A stretch of 64,000 bases of DNA from an uncultured Gemmataceae bacterium (GTDB taxonomy: Bacteria; Planctomycetota; Planctomycetia; Gemmatales; Gemmataceae): assembly GCA_963750165.1 (NCBI GenBank), contig CAVVPN010000003.1, positions 3,296,001 through 3,360,000 on the forward strand, written 5' to 3'. Positions 42,315-52,542 of this stretch are shown one piece after another. Numbering within the stretch: position 1 is the first letter of the stretch; each line of letters starts with the position of its first letter. Under the pieces are notes generated by a model that did not search any database, was not told the origin of the DNA, and was given only the letters and a program-made list of their open reading frames with translations. The translations under genes were made by a program, and so were the position numbers.

Positions 42315-43069
42315 TCACCACGGCGTCATACCGCCGTTGACGCAGAGTGTCTGGCCGGTCACGAACGACGCCTCTTCGCTGGCGAAGTAGAGCACGGCGT
42401 TGGCCACATCCTGCGGCACCCCCCAGCGGCCCGCCGGGATCAGCCGCAAATACTCGTCCTTGGCCTCCTGCGGATCCTTTTCATGGCGCTCCACGGGGAT
42501 CCAGCCCGGCGCCACCATGTTCACGGTGATGCCGAACGGCGCCAGCTCGCGCGCCATGCTCCGCGACCAGCCCGTCTGCCCGCCCTTGGCCGCCACGTAT
42601 GCCGAGAACGGCGCCACACTGCGGTGGAACACTTCACTGGTGATATTAATGATGCGGCCCCAGCGTCGCTGCTTCATCGCCGCCAGGCTGCGGCGTGTCA
42701 GCAGGTAGGGGCTCTTGACGAAGAAATCCGTCATCGCCTGATAAAACGCCCAGTCGTACTCCTCGATGGGCCGGAGCGGTTGTTCGCAGGTGGCGTTGGG
42801 CACCAGGATGTCCACGGGTCCGAGTTTCTGCTCGGCCTCGGTGAACAGCAGGTCCACGCCCGCCTCGGTGGTGGCGTCGCTGCGGACCAGGATAGCGCCC
42901 ACGCCGGCCGCCTGGAACTCGGCGAAGGTGTGCTCGGCGCGGGCCTGGTTGTTGCAGTAGTTCAGCGCCACGCGCGCCCGGCCTTGCCGAGCGTCAGGGC
43001 GATGACCTTGCCCAGACCGGTGCTGCTGCCGGTGACGACGGCGACGTGGTTTTTCAGCGAAAACGGCAT
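42315..43069 (-). CDS. SDR family oxidoreductase, FabG-like (apparent frameshift near 42978)
   Basis: VTGSSTGLG (ORF 42962..43288), YVAAK, NMVAPGWI, VTGQTL. Confidence 0.88.
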
Positions 43070-43110
43070 ACGCACTCCTCGTGGGGGTCTCCTGGTCCGA
43101 GCCGCGCATT

Positions 43111-43181
43111 CCGCCTGAAGAGAGCGTCCAGCTTTTCCAACACCTGAAAGCTGGACGCTCTCTTCAGGCGGTACTACGAAC
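43111..43181. repeat. REP doublet (CCGCCTGAAGAGAGCGTCCAGCTTT)
   Basis: 25-bp inverted arms ending in GTACTACGAAC. Confidence 0.8.
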
Positions 43182-43194
43182 CAGGACCGGGGCG

Positions 43195-43758
43195 TCATTT
43201 CGCGTTGAGGGACACGATGATTATGCCGAAGATGATGCACCAACCGACCAGCCCGAGGGCGCCGAGCGCGGTGCCGACGATGCCGCAAATGCGGCCGGCG
43301 TTGGTGGAGCCTTCGCCGTCAGGGTCCATGCGGCCGGCGCGGATCTCGGTCAGGTCCGTGTTGCCCATCACCCAGGCGATCGGCCCCATGATGATCGAGG
43401 CCACCGTCCCGACGCCGTAACACCAGCCGAAGACCGCCGCGGCCACGATGCTGATGATGCCCAGCGTGAGCACGGCACTGCCGCGGTGCGGCATCAGGTC
43501 GCGGCGCGGTCCGGAGTCGCCGTAGCCGCCACGGTCGCGGTCCCAGTCCCGATCACGGTCGCGGCGGCTGTCGCGGTCGTCGGTCCAGCGGTCGTCGGAG
43601 TAGCGTCCGGGGGAGCCGGCGGGTGCGGTGGGCGCCGGGCCGCCGACCCGGGCGGTGAAGGTGGCGCCGCAGGTGGGGCACTGCACGTCCTGGCCGATCA
43701 GGCCCTCCGGCACCTGCAGTTTGCGCTTGCAACTGGGGCAGCTGATGATCTCTTGCAT
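43195..43758 (-). CDS. zinc-ribbon + DUF4190-like membrane protein
   Basis: CPSC...CPTC, R/D-rich linker, PHRG, two or three TM segments, AGRICGIVG. Confidence 0.8.
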   Translation of the reverse strand: MQEIISCPSCKRKLQVPEGLIGQDVQCPTCGATFTARVGGPAPTAPAGSPGRYSDDRWTDDRDSRRDRDRDWDRDRGGYGDSGPRRDLMPHRGSAVLTLGIISIVAAAVFGWCYGVGTVASIIMGPIAWVMGNTDLTEIRAGRMDPDGEGSTNAGRICGIVGTALGALGLVGWCIIFGIIIVSLNAK

Positions 43759-44142
43759 GCGTCCTCACTTGCCTCGCGTCCGGGGTTCACAGGTCGTCGA
43801 AGAGGACGCCGTTATTTCCGGAAGGGCTCGCCGGCAACCAGCCAGGAGAAGCCCCCCCTCTCCCTGATGTTCGTTGACCGAATGGTTTTGTTTGACCGGG
43901 GCCGAAAAGCCAACGAGTTATCCAGAGTGTATCCGTGGTTTTCACCGCTGAGAAGGGCCGGCCGCCGGTTTCTTGCCCGACTGCCGCCGCGGCGGCACCT
44001 TGTTTCGGCGCGCGGCGCGGTTAGAATAATCCTTCGTCCCTGACCAACCCGGGCGCCGGTCTCCACAGCACACGGACGTGTGTTCCGCCGCCCGGACGCG
44101 AAGCATTCCCAGACCTCGCCCTCTCTTCGACCCCCAGCGCGC

Positions 44143-47100
44143 ATGCACCGCGAAATCTCGCACACCGATTCGGCGTTCGCCCCGCAGCGCAACCTGGCGC
44201 TGTACCTGCTCACCGGCCTGCTCGGCCTGCTGATCGCCATCGACGGCTGGCCGCGGCTCGTCGAACTGTTCGGCTGGCGCGGCCTACCGACCTGGCCCAA
44301 TCAGATCGCCGGCTATCCCATCGCGCTGATCGCCGCGGTCATCGGCGGCGCTCGCATCCTGTTCACGTCGCTGGAGGGGCTGCTGGAAGGCCGCGTCGGC
44401 GCCGACCTGGCGCTGGCCATCGCCTGCATCGCCGCCCTGCTGCTCAACGACGAGAAGACCAACGAGGGCGCGTTGATCGCTGCGGAGATCGTCTTCATCG
44501 GCCTGTTCGGCGAGTGTCTGGAGGCGTTCACCTTCGACCGGACACAGCGGGCCATCCGCCGCATTCTGGAGGTGTGCCCGCGCCGCTGCTGGCTGCTGCG
44601 CGACGGTCAGGAGGTCCGCGTTCTGACTCAGGAACTGAAGGGCGGCGATGTGGTCGTGGTCAAGCCGGGGGCACGGGTGCCGGCCGATGGCGTGGTCCGC
44701 GACGGCCGTTCCGCCGTGGACGTGAGCGCCCTGACCGGCGAGAGCACGCCCGTGGACAAGGTGGCCGGCGACGAGGTGCTGGCCGGCTCGCTCAACCAGT
44801 TCGGGGCGCTGACCATCCGCTGCGACCGCGTCGGTGAGCAAACCGTCGTCGGCCGTGTGGTCGAGTTGACGGCGCGGGCGCTGAAGGACAAGGCCAGCAT
44901 TGAACGCACCGCCGACCGGCTGGCGCGCTACTTCCTGCCGGCGGTGCTGGGGCTGGCGCTGGTGACGTTCCTGGGGGCGCTGATCCTGGGCGGCGGCAAC
45001 CGCGACGAGGACTCGCTGCGCAACGCGGCCATGCCGGCGCTGGCGGTGCTGGTGGTGGCCTGCCCGTGCGCCCTGATCCTGGCGACGCCGGCCGCCATTA
45101 TTGCGGCGCTGGGCCGGCTGGCCGGTACGGGCGTGCTCATCAAGGGCGGTGCCGCGCTGGAGCGGCTGGCCGGCGTGACCGCGTTCGCCTTCGACAAGAC
45201 CGGCACGCTCACCGAAGGCAAGCTGACGCTCGGCGATGTCCACGGCCTGGCCGGCGTCAGTCCCGACGAACTGCTGCGCGTCGCCGCCGCCGCGGAGCAG
45301 CGCAGCGAACACCTGCTGGCCCGCCTCATCCTGCAGGAGGCCGCCGTCCGCAAGCTGGAGCCGGCGCCGCTGGAGGATTTTCAGGCTCACGCAGGCGCCG
45401 GCGTCACCGCCCACGTCGCCGGCCAGACGGTGGTTGTCGGCACACGACGGCTGCTGGAGGAGCAGGGGGTCGCGCTGCCGCCGGAAGCGCTGGCGCTGCT
45501 GGAGCAGCTGGACGCAAGCGGACAGACGGCCTTGCTCGTGGCCCGCGACGGCGTGGTGCTCGGCGCCATCGGCGCCCGTGACGAGGTGCGCGAGGACGCC
45601 GCCGTGGTCCTGGATGAGCTGCGGGCGCTGGGCATCAGTCAGATCGCGCTGCTGACCGGCGACCGGGCCGCCGTCGCCCGTGCCGTCGCTGCGAAGTTGA
45701 AGATCGACGACGTTCACGCGGAACTGCTGCCCCAGCAAAAGGCGGAACTGGTCGAAAAACTGGGGCAACGCGTGGCGATGGTCGGCGACGGCATCAACGA
45801 CGCCCCGGCGCTGGCCCGCGCTGACGTGGGCCTGGCCATCGGCGGCGGCACCGATGTGGCCGCGGAGGCGGGCGACCTGGTGCTCATGGGCGCCCCGCTG
45901 CGGCCGCTGCCGTTGCTGGTGCGGCTGTCGCGTGAGACGGTCAAGATCATCCGTCAGAACATTCTCTGGTTCGCGTTCGGCGTCAACGCGGTCGGCATTC
46001 TGTTGACGGCCTGGCTGTGGCCGCTGCTGCTGCCGAAGGACTGGCACAATCGGGCGCCCATCGCGGCGGTGCTGTACCATCAACTCGGCTCGCTGGCGGT
46101 GCTGCTGAATTCGATGCGGCTGCTGCGCTTCGAGCGCGGCGCCAGTCCGGGGCTGGAGCGCACCCGCGGCGTCTTCAAGCGCATCGACGCCTGGATGGAA
46201 ACGTATCTCAACGTAGACGACTTCTTCCACTGGGTCAGCCACGCCTGGCCGCGGTTGGCGGCGGTCGGCGTCGTGCTGCTGCTGGTCGGCTACGCCCTGA
46301 GCGGGTTGACGATGATCCAGCCCGACGAGCAGGGCATCCGTCGCCGCTTCGGCCGGCCGGTTGAGGATCTGGGGCCGGGGCTGTACTGGTGCTGGCCGTG
46401 GCCGGTCGAGGACGTGGTGCGTGAGCGCGTGGACCGCATTCGCACGGTCGAGATCGGCTTCCGCCTGGACCCGAAGAGCGGCCAGAAGGGAAGCACAGTA
46501 TTTTCCTGGTCGTCCTCGCACGGCGACGACGGCATCAAGCGCATCGCCGACGAGGCGGTGATGATTACCGGCGACGGCAACCTGGTGGAAGTGCAGGCGA
46601 GTGTGCGCTACCGCATTGTCGATCTGCACACGACGGCCTTCCAGGTCAACGAGGTGGACGAGATCGTGCGGGCCGCGGCGGAGGCGGTGCTGCGCGGCAT
46701 GGTGGCGGGCCGACCGTTCGCCGAACTGCTGACGCAGCAGCGCGGGGCGTTTCAGCGGGACGTGCTGGCGCGGCTGAAGGAGCGCTGCCGGGAGTACAAG
46801 CTCGGCATCGAACTGGACGGCTTTTCGCTGCACGATTTGCACCCGCCGCAGGAGGTGGTGCTGTCGTACTACGAGGTGACGCGGGCGATGGAGACGCGCG
46901 ACCGGCTCATCAACGAGGCCCAGGCGGACGCGCTGCGCAGCGTTCGCACCGCGGAGGCGCAAAAGACGAAGCTGGTGTTGATGGCCCAGGCGGAGCGCAA
47001 CGAGGCCATCCGCCAGGCGGAGGCGAACTACGCCACGTTCGCGCAGCGCAGCCAGGCCCGCAAGCGGCTGGGCTTCGACTACGAATGGGCCGAGTTCCTG

Positions 47101-47373
47101 GGTGCGGTCGATGGGCTGCTCGACGGCACCGACCCGGCCGCGGTGTGCGACCGCTACTGTGCCCGGCGCGCGCAGGCGCTGCAAACCCACGCGGCGCTGA
47201 TGGACTTCCGGCTGTACTGGGAGACGCTGAGCCGGTCGCTGACGGGCCGTGACCTGGTGCTGATCGACGCGGCAAAAATCACGGGCCGGCGGCAGCTGAT
47301 GTTCCTGGACCCGGAGCAATGGCGCATCCCGGTGCCGATCCTGATCCAGCCGGATCGCGAGACGTCGAGGTAG
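44143..47373 (+). CDS. P1B-type heavy-metal ATPase fused to a C-terminal HflK-like SPFH domain
   Basis: [26 protein letters not shown]; after an extra TM come [31 protein letters not shown] and DLHPPQEV (SPFH) in one uninterrupted frame. Confidence 0.92.
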   Translation: MHREISHTDSAFAPQRNLALYLLTGLLGLLIAIDGWPRLVELFGWRGLPTWPNQIAGYPIALIAAVIGGARILFTSLEGLLEGRVGADLALAIACIAALLLNDEKTNEGALIAAEIVFIGLFGECLEAFTFDRTQRAIRRILEVCPRRCWLLRDGQEVRVLTQELKGGDVVVVKPGARVPADGVVRDGRSAVDVSALTGESTPVDKVAGDEVLAGSLNQFGALTIRCDRVGEQTVVGRVVELTARALKDKASIERTADRLARYFLPAVLGLALVTFLGALILGGGNRDEDSLRNAAMPALAVLVVACPCALILATPAAIIAALGRLAGTGVLIKGGAALERLAGVTAFAFDKTGTLTEGKLTLGDVHGLAGVSPDELLRVAAAAEQRSEHLLARLILQEAAVRKLEPAPLEDFQAHAGAGVTAHVAGQTVVVGTRRLLEEQGVALPPEALALLEQLDASGQTALLVARDGVVLGAIGARDEVREDAAVVLDELRALGISQIALLTGDRAAVARAVAAKLKIDDVHAELLPQQKAELVEKLGQRVAMVGDGINDAPALARADVGLAIGGGTDVAAEAGDLVLMGAPLRPLPLLVRLSRETVKIIRQNILWFAFGVNAVGILLTAWLWPLLLPKDWHNRAPIAAVLYHQLGSLAVLLNSMRLLRFERGASPGLERTRGVFKRIDAWMETYLNVDDFFHWVSHAWPRLAAVGVVLLLVGYALSGLTMIQPDEQGIRRRFGRPVEDLGPGLYWCWPWPVEDVVRERVDRIRTVEIGFRLDPKSGQKGSTVFSWSSSHGDDGIKRIADEAVMITGDGNLVEVQASVRYRIVDLHTTAFQVNEVDEIVRAAAEAVLRGMVAGRPFAELLTQQRGAFQRDVLARLKERCREYKLGIELDGFSLHDLHPPQEVVLSYYEVTRAMETRDRLINEAQADALRSVRTAEAQKTKLVLMAQAERNEAIRQAEANYATFAQRSQARKRLGFDYEWAEFLGAVDGLLDGTDPAAVCDRYCARRAQALQTHAALMDFRLYWETLSRSLTGRDLVLIDAAKITGRRQLMFLDPEQWRIPVPILIQPDRETSR

Positions 47374-47381
47374 AAATAATA

Positions 47382-47494
47382 TCACCACAAAGACACAAAG
47401 AGCACAAAGGAAAAGGCAAGGATAAAGAAATTGATTTAATCAATCCATTTTTTGCTTTGATTTCTCCTTTGTGCTCTTTGTGTCTTTGTGGTGA
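47382..47494. repeat. 9-bp-periodic palindrome (CACAAAG family) inside the ATPase-hflC operon
   Basis: TCACCACAAAGACACAAAGAGCACAAAGGA ... TCCTTTGTGCTCTTTGTGTCTTTGTGGTGA. Confidence 0.8.
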
Positions 47495-47522
47495 ATTCCT
47501 CTTCTCCTGTGAGGGTTCACCG

Positions 47523-48536
47523 ATGCGGATTTTCTGGTGCCTGCTCGCCGTGGTGCTGGGGCTGGTGGTGCTGTCGCAGTGCTACTTCACGGTCGATCCG
47601 ACCGAGTTCGTTTACGTGACGCAGTTCGGCGCCCCGGTGGCGGTCTACGACGGCGGCGCCCGCGACAGCGACGCCGGCCTGCACTGGCGCTGGCCGTGGC
47701 CGGTGCAGTCGGTGCAGCGCCTCGACCGCCGCCTGCAATACTTCGACCTGCCCGCCGCGGAACTGCTCACCAAGGACGCCGCCGGCGCCATCGACAAGAC
47801 GCTGACCGTCAAGGCGTACGTCTGCTGGCGCATCGTCGGCAAGGACACCGACGAGAACGGCGTCGATCGCTTCATCCGCCGCATGGGCAACGCCAAACAG
47901 GCCGAGGCGACGCTCGGCAAACGCCTCAACGGCGAACTCGGCGCCGTCATCGGCCAGATGCGCATGGACGACCTCATCAGCACCGACAGCGCCCGCGTGG
48001 AAACCAACCTGAAAGACCTGCGCGACCGCCTGCTCGGCAGTCTCCAGTCGCCGGCCCAGACCGAGTATGGCATCGAACTGGTCGATATTCGGCTGCGGCG
48101 CTTCAACCATCCGGCCCAGGTGCGCGAGGCGATCTTCGAGCGCATCCGCAGCGACCGCAACAAGCGCGTCGAGGAGTACCGCACGGAGGGCAAGCGCCTG
48201 GCCGACAACATTCGCAGCAACGCCAAGAAGAAGGTCGATGACCTGCTCGCCCAGGCGAAGTCCGAGGCCCGCATCCTCAAGGGCGAGGCGGAGGTCGAGG
48301 CCGACCGGCTGCGCAACCTGGCCAACCTGCAGGATCCCGAGTTTTACGTCTTCCTGAAGAAGCTGGAGAAGATGCAGAGCATCCTCGGCGAGAACAAGAC
48401 CCTGCTGCTGCTCTCGACGCACCGGCCCATCTTCGACCTGCTGTTCGCGCCGCCGCGGCCCGGGTTGAACGGCCCCGTCATGCCGCAGCAGCCGCCCGCT
48501 CCGCCGGCGCAGCCGAAGAAGGAGGGCGGCGCATGA
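47523..48536 (+). CDS. hflC: HflC-like SPFH protein
   Basis: N-terminal TM, VTQFG, GLHWRWPWPVQSV, LLTKD, IFERIRSDR, DPEFYVFLKKLE. Confidence 0.85.
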   Translation: MRIFWCLLAVVLGLVVLSQCYFTVDPTEFVYVTQFGAPVAVYDGGARDSDAGLHWRWPWPVQSVQRLDRRLQYFDLPAAELLTKDAAGAIDKTLTVKAYVCWRIVGKDTDENGVDRFIRRMGNAKQAEATLGKRLNGELGAVIGQMRMDDLISTDSARVETNLKDLRDRLLGSLQSPAQTEYGIELVDIRLRRFNHPAQVREAIFERIRSDRNKRVEEYRTEGKRLADNIRSNAKKKVDDLLAQAKSEARILKGEAEVEADRLRNLANLQDPEFYVFLKKLEKMQSILGENKTLLLLSTHRPIFDLLFAPPRPGLNGPVMPQQPPAPPAQPKKEGGA

Positions 48537-49579
48537 AATACGTGCTGTATGGGCTGCTGGCGTTATTGCTGCTGTCGCTGCTGACGGGCGTGACGCAGGT
48601 GCAACCGGGCGAGCGCACGGTCATCTGGCGCTGCGGCCGGCTGCTGGACGAGAAGCCGGGGCCGGGCCTGTACGTCGGCCTGCCGTGGGGCCTTGACCGT
48701 GTGGAGCGCGTGCCCATCGAACTGGTGCGGCGCGTGACGGTTGGCTACGAGCCGCGGCTGACGGACGAGGACGGCGTGACGATGCCCACCGGCCAGATGC
48801 TGACCGGCGATCACAACCTGGTGAACGTGCAGGTGGTGCTCGACTACAACGTCATTGAGGCGGAGGTGGAGCAGTTCGTGGTGCAGCAGGACGGCGTGGA
48901 CGCCCTGGTCAACCGGGCGGCGGAGACGGCCCTGGCGGAGTGGGTCGCCGGCCGCACCGTCGATGAGGTGCTGCTGCACGGCAAGCGAACGCTGCCGCCC
49001 TGGCTGGTGCAGCAGACGCAGCAGCGCATCGGCCCCTATCGGCTGGGCATCCGCATCCAGGGCGCTTACGTGACGCACCTGTATCCGCCGGCGGACGTGA
49101 AGCCGTACTTCGACGAGGTGACGCGAGCGCAGACGGAGATGCAGACGGACATCGTCAAGGCAGAGCAGGCCGCGAGCAGCCTCTGGCGCACGGCCGAGGC
49201 GGAGAAGTACGACATTGACATTCAGGTGACCTCGTACCGGCGCGAGCAGCAGCTGCTGGCGGCGGCGGATGTCGAGACGTTCGAGAAGCGGCTGGCCGCG
49301 TACCGCACGTTTCAGCGGAGCGACCCGGCGCTGGCCTGGTGCGCGGGCGGCGTCGCCGGGCTGGCGGCGCCCGGCGGCGGCGGACCGCTGGCCGGCGCCG
49401 CGGCGCTGGCGCACGGCGGCGGCGCCGGCAGCCGGTATCTCAACGCGCTGTGGTGGGACGAGATGAGCCGGCTGTACGGTCGGCTGCGGACCACCGGCCG
49501 CATTGATTTGCTGGACAATTACCTGAGCGGCGCGGGCCTGACGATCACGCAGGTGCCGACGCTGCCGAAGCGCAAGTGA
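48533..49579 (+). CDS. HflK-like SPFH protein
   Basis: PGPGLYVGLPWG, MLTGDHNLVNVQ, PPADVKPYFDEV; ATGA overlap with hflC. Confidence 0.82.
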   Translation: MKYVLYGLLALLLLSLLTGVTQVQPGERTVIWRCGRLLDEKPGPGLYVGLPWGLDRVERVPIELVRRVTVGYEPRLTDEDGVTMPTGQMLTGDHNLVNVQVVLDYNVIEAEVEQFVVQQDGVDALVNRAAETALAEWVAGRTVDEVLLHGKRTLPPWLVQQTQQRIGPYRLGIRIQGAYVTHLYPPADVKPYFDEVTRAQTEMQTDIVKAEQAASSLWRTAEAEKYDIDIQVTSYRREQQLLAAADVETFEKRLAAYRTFQRSDPALAWCAGGVAGLAAPGGGGPLAGAAALAHGGGAGSRYLNALWWDEMSRLYGRLRTTGRIDLLDNYLSGAGLTITQVPTLPKRK

Positions 49580-49609
49580 GTCGCCCGTCTCCCAACTGAA
49601 GGAGGTCGT

Positions 49610-50047
49610 ATGCGGAAGGTATCGGCCTGTATGGTGGCGGTCTGTCTGGTGGCGCTGGCCGCGGTCGCCTGGGGCAGCCCCCAGGACGCATCGAAGATCG
49701 ACGGGACGTGGACGGTCGTCGGGGGCTCCTCCGACGGCCAAAAAATCCCCGAGCAAAGCCTCAAGGAAACCCCGGTCACGATGGAACTCAAGAACGGCAA
49801 ATACACCCTCTTCGTGGCGGGGAAAAAGTTGGAGGCGGGAACGTATCGCCTCGACATCAACAAGAAGCCGGCCACCATTGACCTGAGCCTCACCGCGGGC
49901 GCCGACAAGGGCAAGACCCTGCTTGGCATTTTCAAGCTGGCAAGCGGCCAGCTGACCATCGCCATGAGCAAGGCCGGCGTCAAGCTGCGGCCCAAAAACT
50001 TCGAGCCCGCCGACGGGATCGACACGTTGGAACTGAAGCGGAAGTGA
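49610..50047 (+). CDS. exported TIGR03067 planctomycete domain protein
   Basis: [38 protein letters not shown]. Confidence 0.88.
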   Translation: MRKVSACMVAVCLVALAAVAWGSPQDASKIDGTWTVVGGSSDGQKIPEQSLKETPVTMELKNGKYTLFVAGKKLEAGTYRLDINKKPATIDLSLTAGADKGKTLLGIFKLASGQLTIAMSKAGVKLRPKNFEPADGIDTLELKRK

Positions 50048-50101
50048 GTGATTGTTGTTGATGCGTTTCCGTTTCGCGCAGCCTTCTTGCCCTGTCTCCC
50101 G

Positions 50102-50497
50102 TCACTGAGCCGTTGCCACGGGCGTCGGGTACAGGTAGATCTCCTCCGCGAAAATATCGCCGATGCGTTGGCCGGGAAACCGCGTGGGCGTCCGAACGGG
50201 GTAACGCCGCAGCAGCGCCAGGGCGTCCTGCGCCAGCGGGTCGTCTGCCCCGATCAATTTCACCCGCATGAGGTCGAACCACGGATCCCGGAGTTCATCG
50301 GCGATCCTCCCGACTTCTTCGTACCCCACGTCGAAATTGTCGTCCGTGATCTGGTCCGACGCGACGTAGAGCCAGGGTTGGCTCGCTTCCTCATCCTTGA
50401 GCCAGAAAGCGACCTGGACGGGGGCGTACTTGTTAAACTCACGAAGAAACCTGGCGCCGGCGTCGATCTGCGGTTCTACCAATGTGACCTGACCCAT
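50102..50497 (-). CDS. small hypothetical protein, putative partner/antitoxin of the HEPN gene
   Basis: Start overlaps the HEPN 3' end; 131 aa; VAFWLK...WLYVAS pattern. Confidence 0.7.
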   Translation of the reverse strand: MGQVTLVEPQIDAGARFLREFNKYAPVQVAFWLKDEEASQPWLYVASDQITDDNFDVGYEEVGRIADELRDPWFDLMRVKLIGADDPLAQDALALLRRYPVRTPTRFPGQRIGDIFAEEIYLYPTPVATAQ

Positions 50498-50614
50498 TGC
50501 ATCACCCCGTTTGGTTGGTTCGTGATTGTGTTATAGAGTTTCTTGGCTCGTTGATGCGTCGTGGTACGGTAACGGGACTGTTCACTCCAGTCCTTGACAA
50601 CCTGCCAGTGCTTA

Positions 50615-52001
50615 GGCAACGTTTCAAAATTAATCCGCAGTTCCCTTCTACAATAACCCTGGCCCAACCGGGGGCCTGGTTTGGAAGGGAGGCAGAGCCG
50701 TGGACATCCACCAATGCCAATGCCCTCACTGCCGACAAGGTGCGGACCACCCCGAACGCGCCCTCCATTACCGGCTCAACCTTCTCCTGAGCCGGTTGGA
50801 TGAGCACCAACGCCGGTGGTTGGCAGCCTGGGAGTCCCAGAAGGTCGGCCGCGGCGGCGACCGCCTACTGTCCCTCATCACCGGCCTGAACGTGGAAACC
50901 ATCCGGCGCGGTCGCCGGGAACTCGAGGACTCCCTGCGGGACTGCCCCCCGGATCGCATCCGCCGGCCCGGGGCAGGACGGCCCGCTGTGAAAAAAAAGT
51001 GCCGGGCCTCATGAACGCTTTGAGGCAGCTGGTTGAGGAGCAGACCGCCGGCAGCCCGCAAACCTGTCAGAAGTGGGTGCGCCACAGCGTCGCCTACCTG
51101 AGCACGCGGTTGCAAGGCCAAGGCTTCGCCGTCAGCCCCGCCACGGTCTATCGCCTGTTGGACGACCTGGGCTATTCGCTCAAGGCCAACCGCAAGCGCT
51201 TCACCGGCCCGCCTCACCCAGACCGGGACCGGCAGTTCGCGTACATCGCCGGGCAGCGGCGCCGCTTCGCCATCCTCGGCCAGCCGGTGATCAGCGTGGA
51301 CAGCAAGAAAAAGGAGTTGATCGGCAACTTCAAGAATGCAGGGCGGCAGTGGTGCCGGCGCGCGACGGAGGTCAACGCCCACGACTTCCTGGACGACGCC
51401 TTGGGCCGGGCCGTCCCCTACGGGGTCTACGACGTGCGCCAGGACCGCGGCCATGTCTACGTGGGGTTGTCCGCCGACACCGCGGCGTTCGCGGGGGACG
51501 TGATCGGCCGGTGGTGGCGCGGCGAGGGACGGCTGTGGTACCCGCAGGCCGACGAGTTGCTGATCCTGTGCGACGCGGGCGGGAGCAACAGTTGCCGCGT
51601 GCGGTTGTGGAAACAGCGCCTCCAGGAGGAGTTGGCCGACCGCTGGGGGCTGTGGGTGACGGTGTGCCATTACCCGCGGGGGGCGTCGAAGTGGAACCCG
51701 GTGGAGCACCGGCTGTTCAGCCGCATCAGCGTCAACTGGGCGGGGGAGCCGCTGCGAACCGTGGAGACGCTGTTGGCCTGCATCCGGGGCACGGAGACGG
51801 ACGCCGGTTGGGCGGTACGTGCGACGTTGCTGGACGCGGAGTACGCGAAGGGGGTCAAGGTGCCGGACGCAGAAATGCAGACGTGGCGCCTCCAAAGGCA
51901 TGCCGTCTGCCCCAGTTGGAATTACACCATCAAGCCACGTTGGACAATATTCTAACATCAGCACCCAGGTGTAAGCTGCGGACTAATTTTGAACGGCTGC
52001 C
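50615..52001 (+). mobile_element. complete ISAzo13-family insertion sequence (1387 bp)
   Basis: 26-bp imperfect TIRs GGCAACGTTTCAAAATTAATCCGCAG / GGCAGCCGTTCAAAATTAGTCCGCAG; TTA duplicated at 50612-50614 and 52002-52004. Confidence 0.93.
50700..51955 (+). CDS. ISAzo13-family DDE transposase, two ORFs joined by a -1 shift at A8G (50991-50999)
   Basis: ISVDSKKKELIGNFKNAG, CDAGGSN, SKWNPVEHRLFS, WNYTI. Confidence 0.92.
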
Positions 52002-52542
52002 TTACGGAAAGCCGCGTTCGCGGCTTCAAGCGCGGCCCGATCGGGTTCCAGGCCGGCGAGTTTGACCAGGTCGAGGAGATTGTGCGTCCAGCACTTTTCC
52101 GAGAACCTGCGATCCTCGAAAACCACCTCGTTGGTGACGGCCACACGTGCCAGGACGCACGCCTTGAGCCCACACTCGACGGCATAGCCGGCCACATAGT
52201 ACGCCGCCGACCAGCAGTGGGCGTCGAGCATGGCCTTGGCGTCCACCAGCCAGCGGTCCGCGAGCATTTGCCATTGCAACCGGTTCACCGCGCTGACCTC
52301 CCTGTCAAATCGCGATCGACAACCGCGGATTCCTGTTGACAGGAGACGCGGCCTCCGCGTCGGCGCCCAGAGAAGTTCTGGGCGGGTCGGCGCGGACTGC
52401 GCACAGGTCGGCAGTTCGTCCGCCACCCAGCGCTCGCCCCGAAATCTCCCCATTTCCTTTGCTACCAACCCGACAATTCGGTAATTTAGAGAAGAGGAAA
52501 GATGCCCGCCATCTGCCTGCCGTGGTGTTCCTGGAGAGCTTG

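Larger units (their letters stand above)
50476..52288 (-). pseudogene. HEPN-domain gene (140 aa reconstructed) interrupted by an IS
   Basis: AYYVAGYAVECGLKA and WTHNLLDL 5' of the IS; WSEQSRY 3' of it. Removing the IS plus one TTA restores AAFRKHWQVVKDW in frame. Confidence 0.88.
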
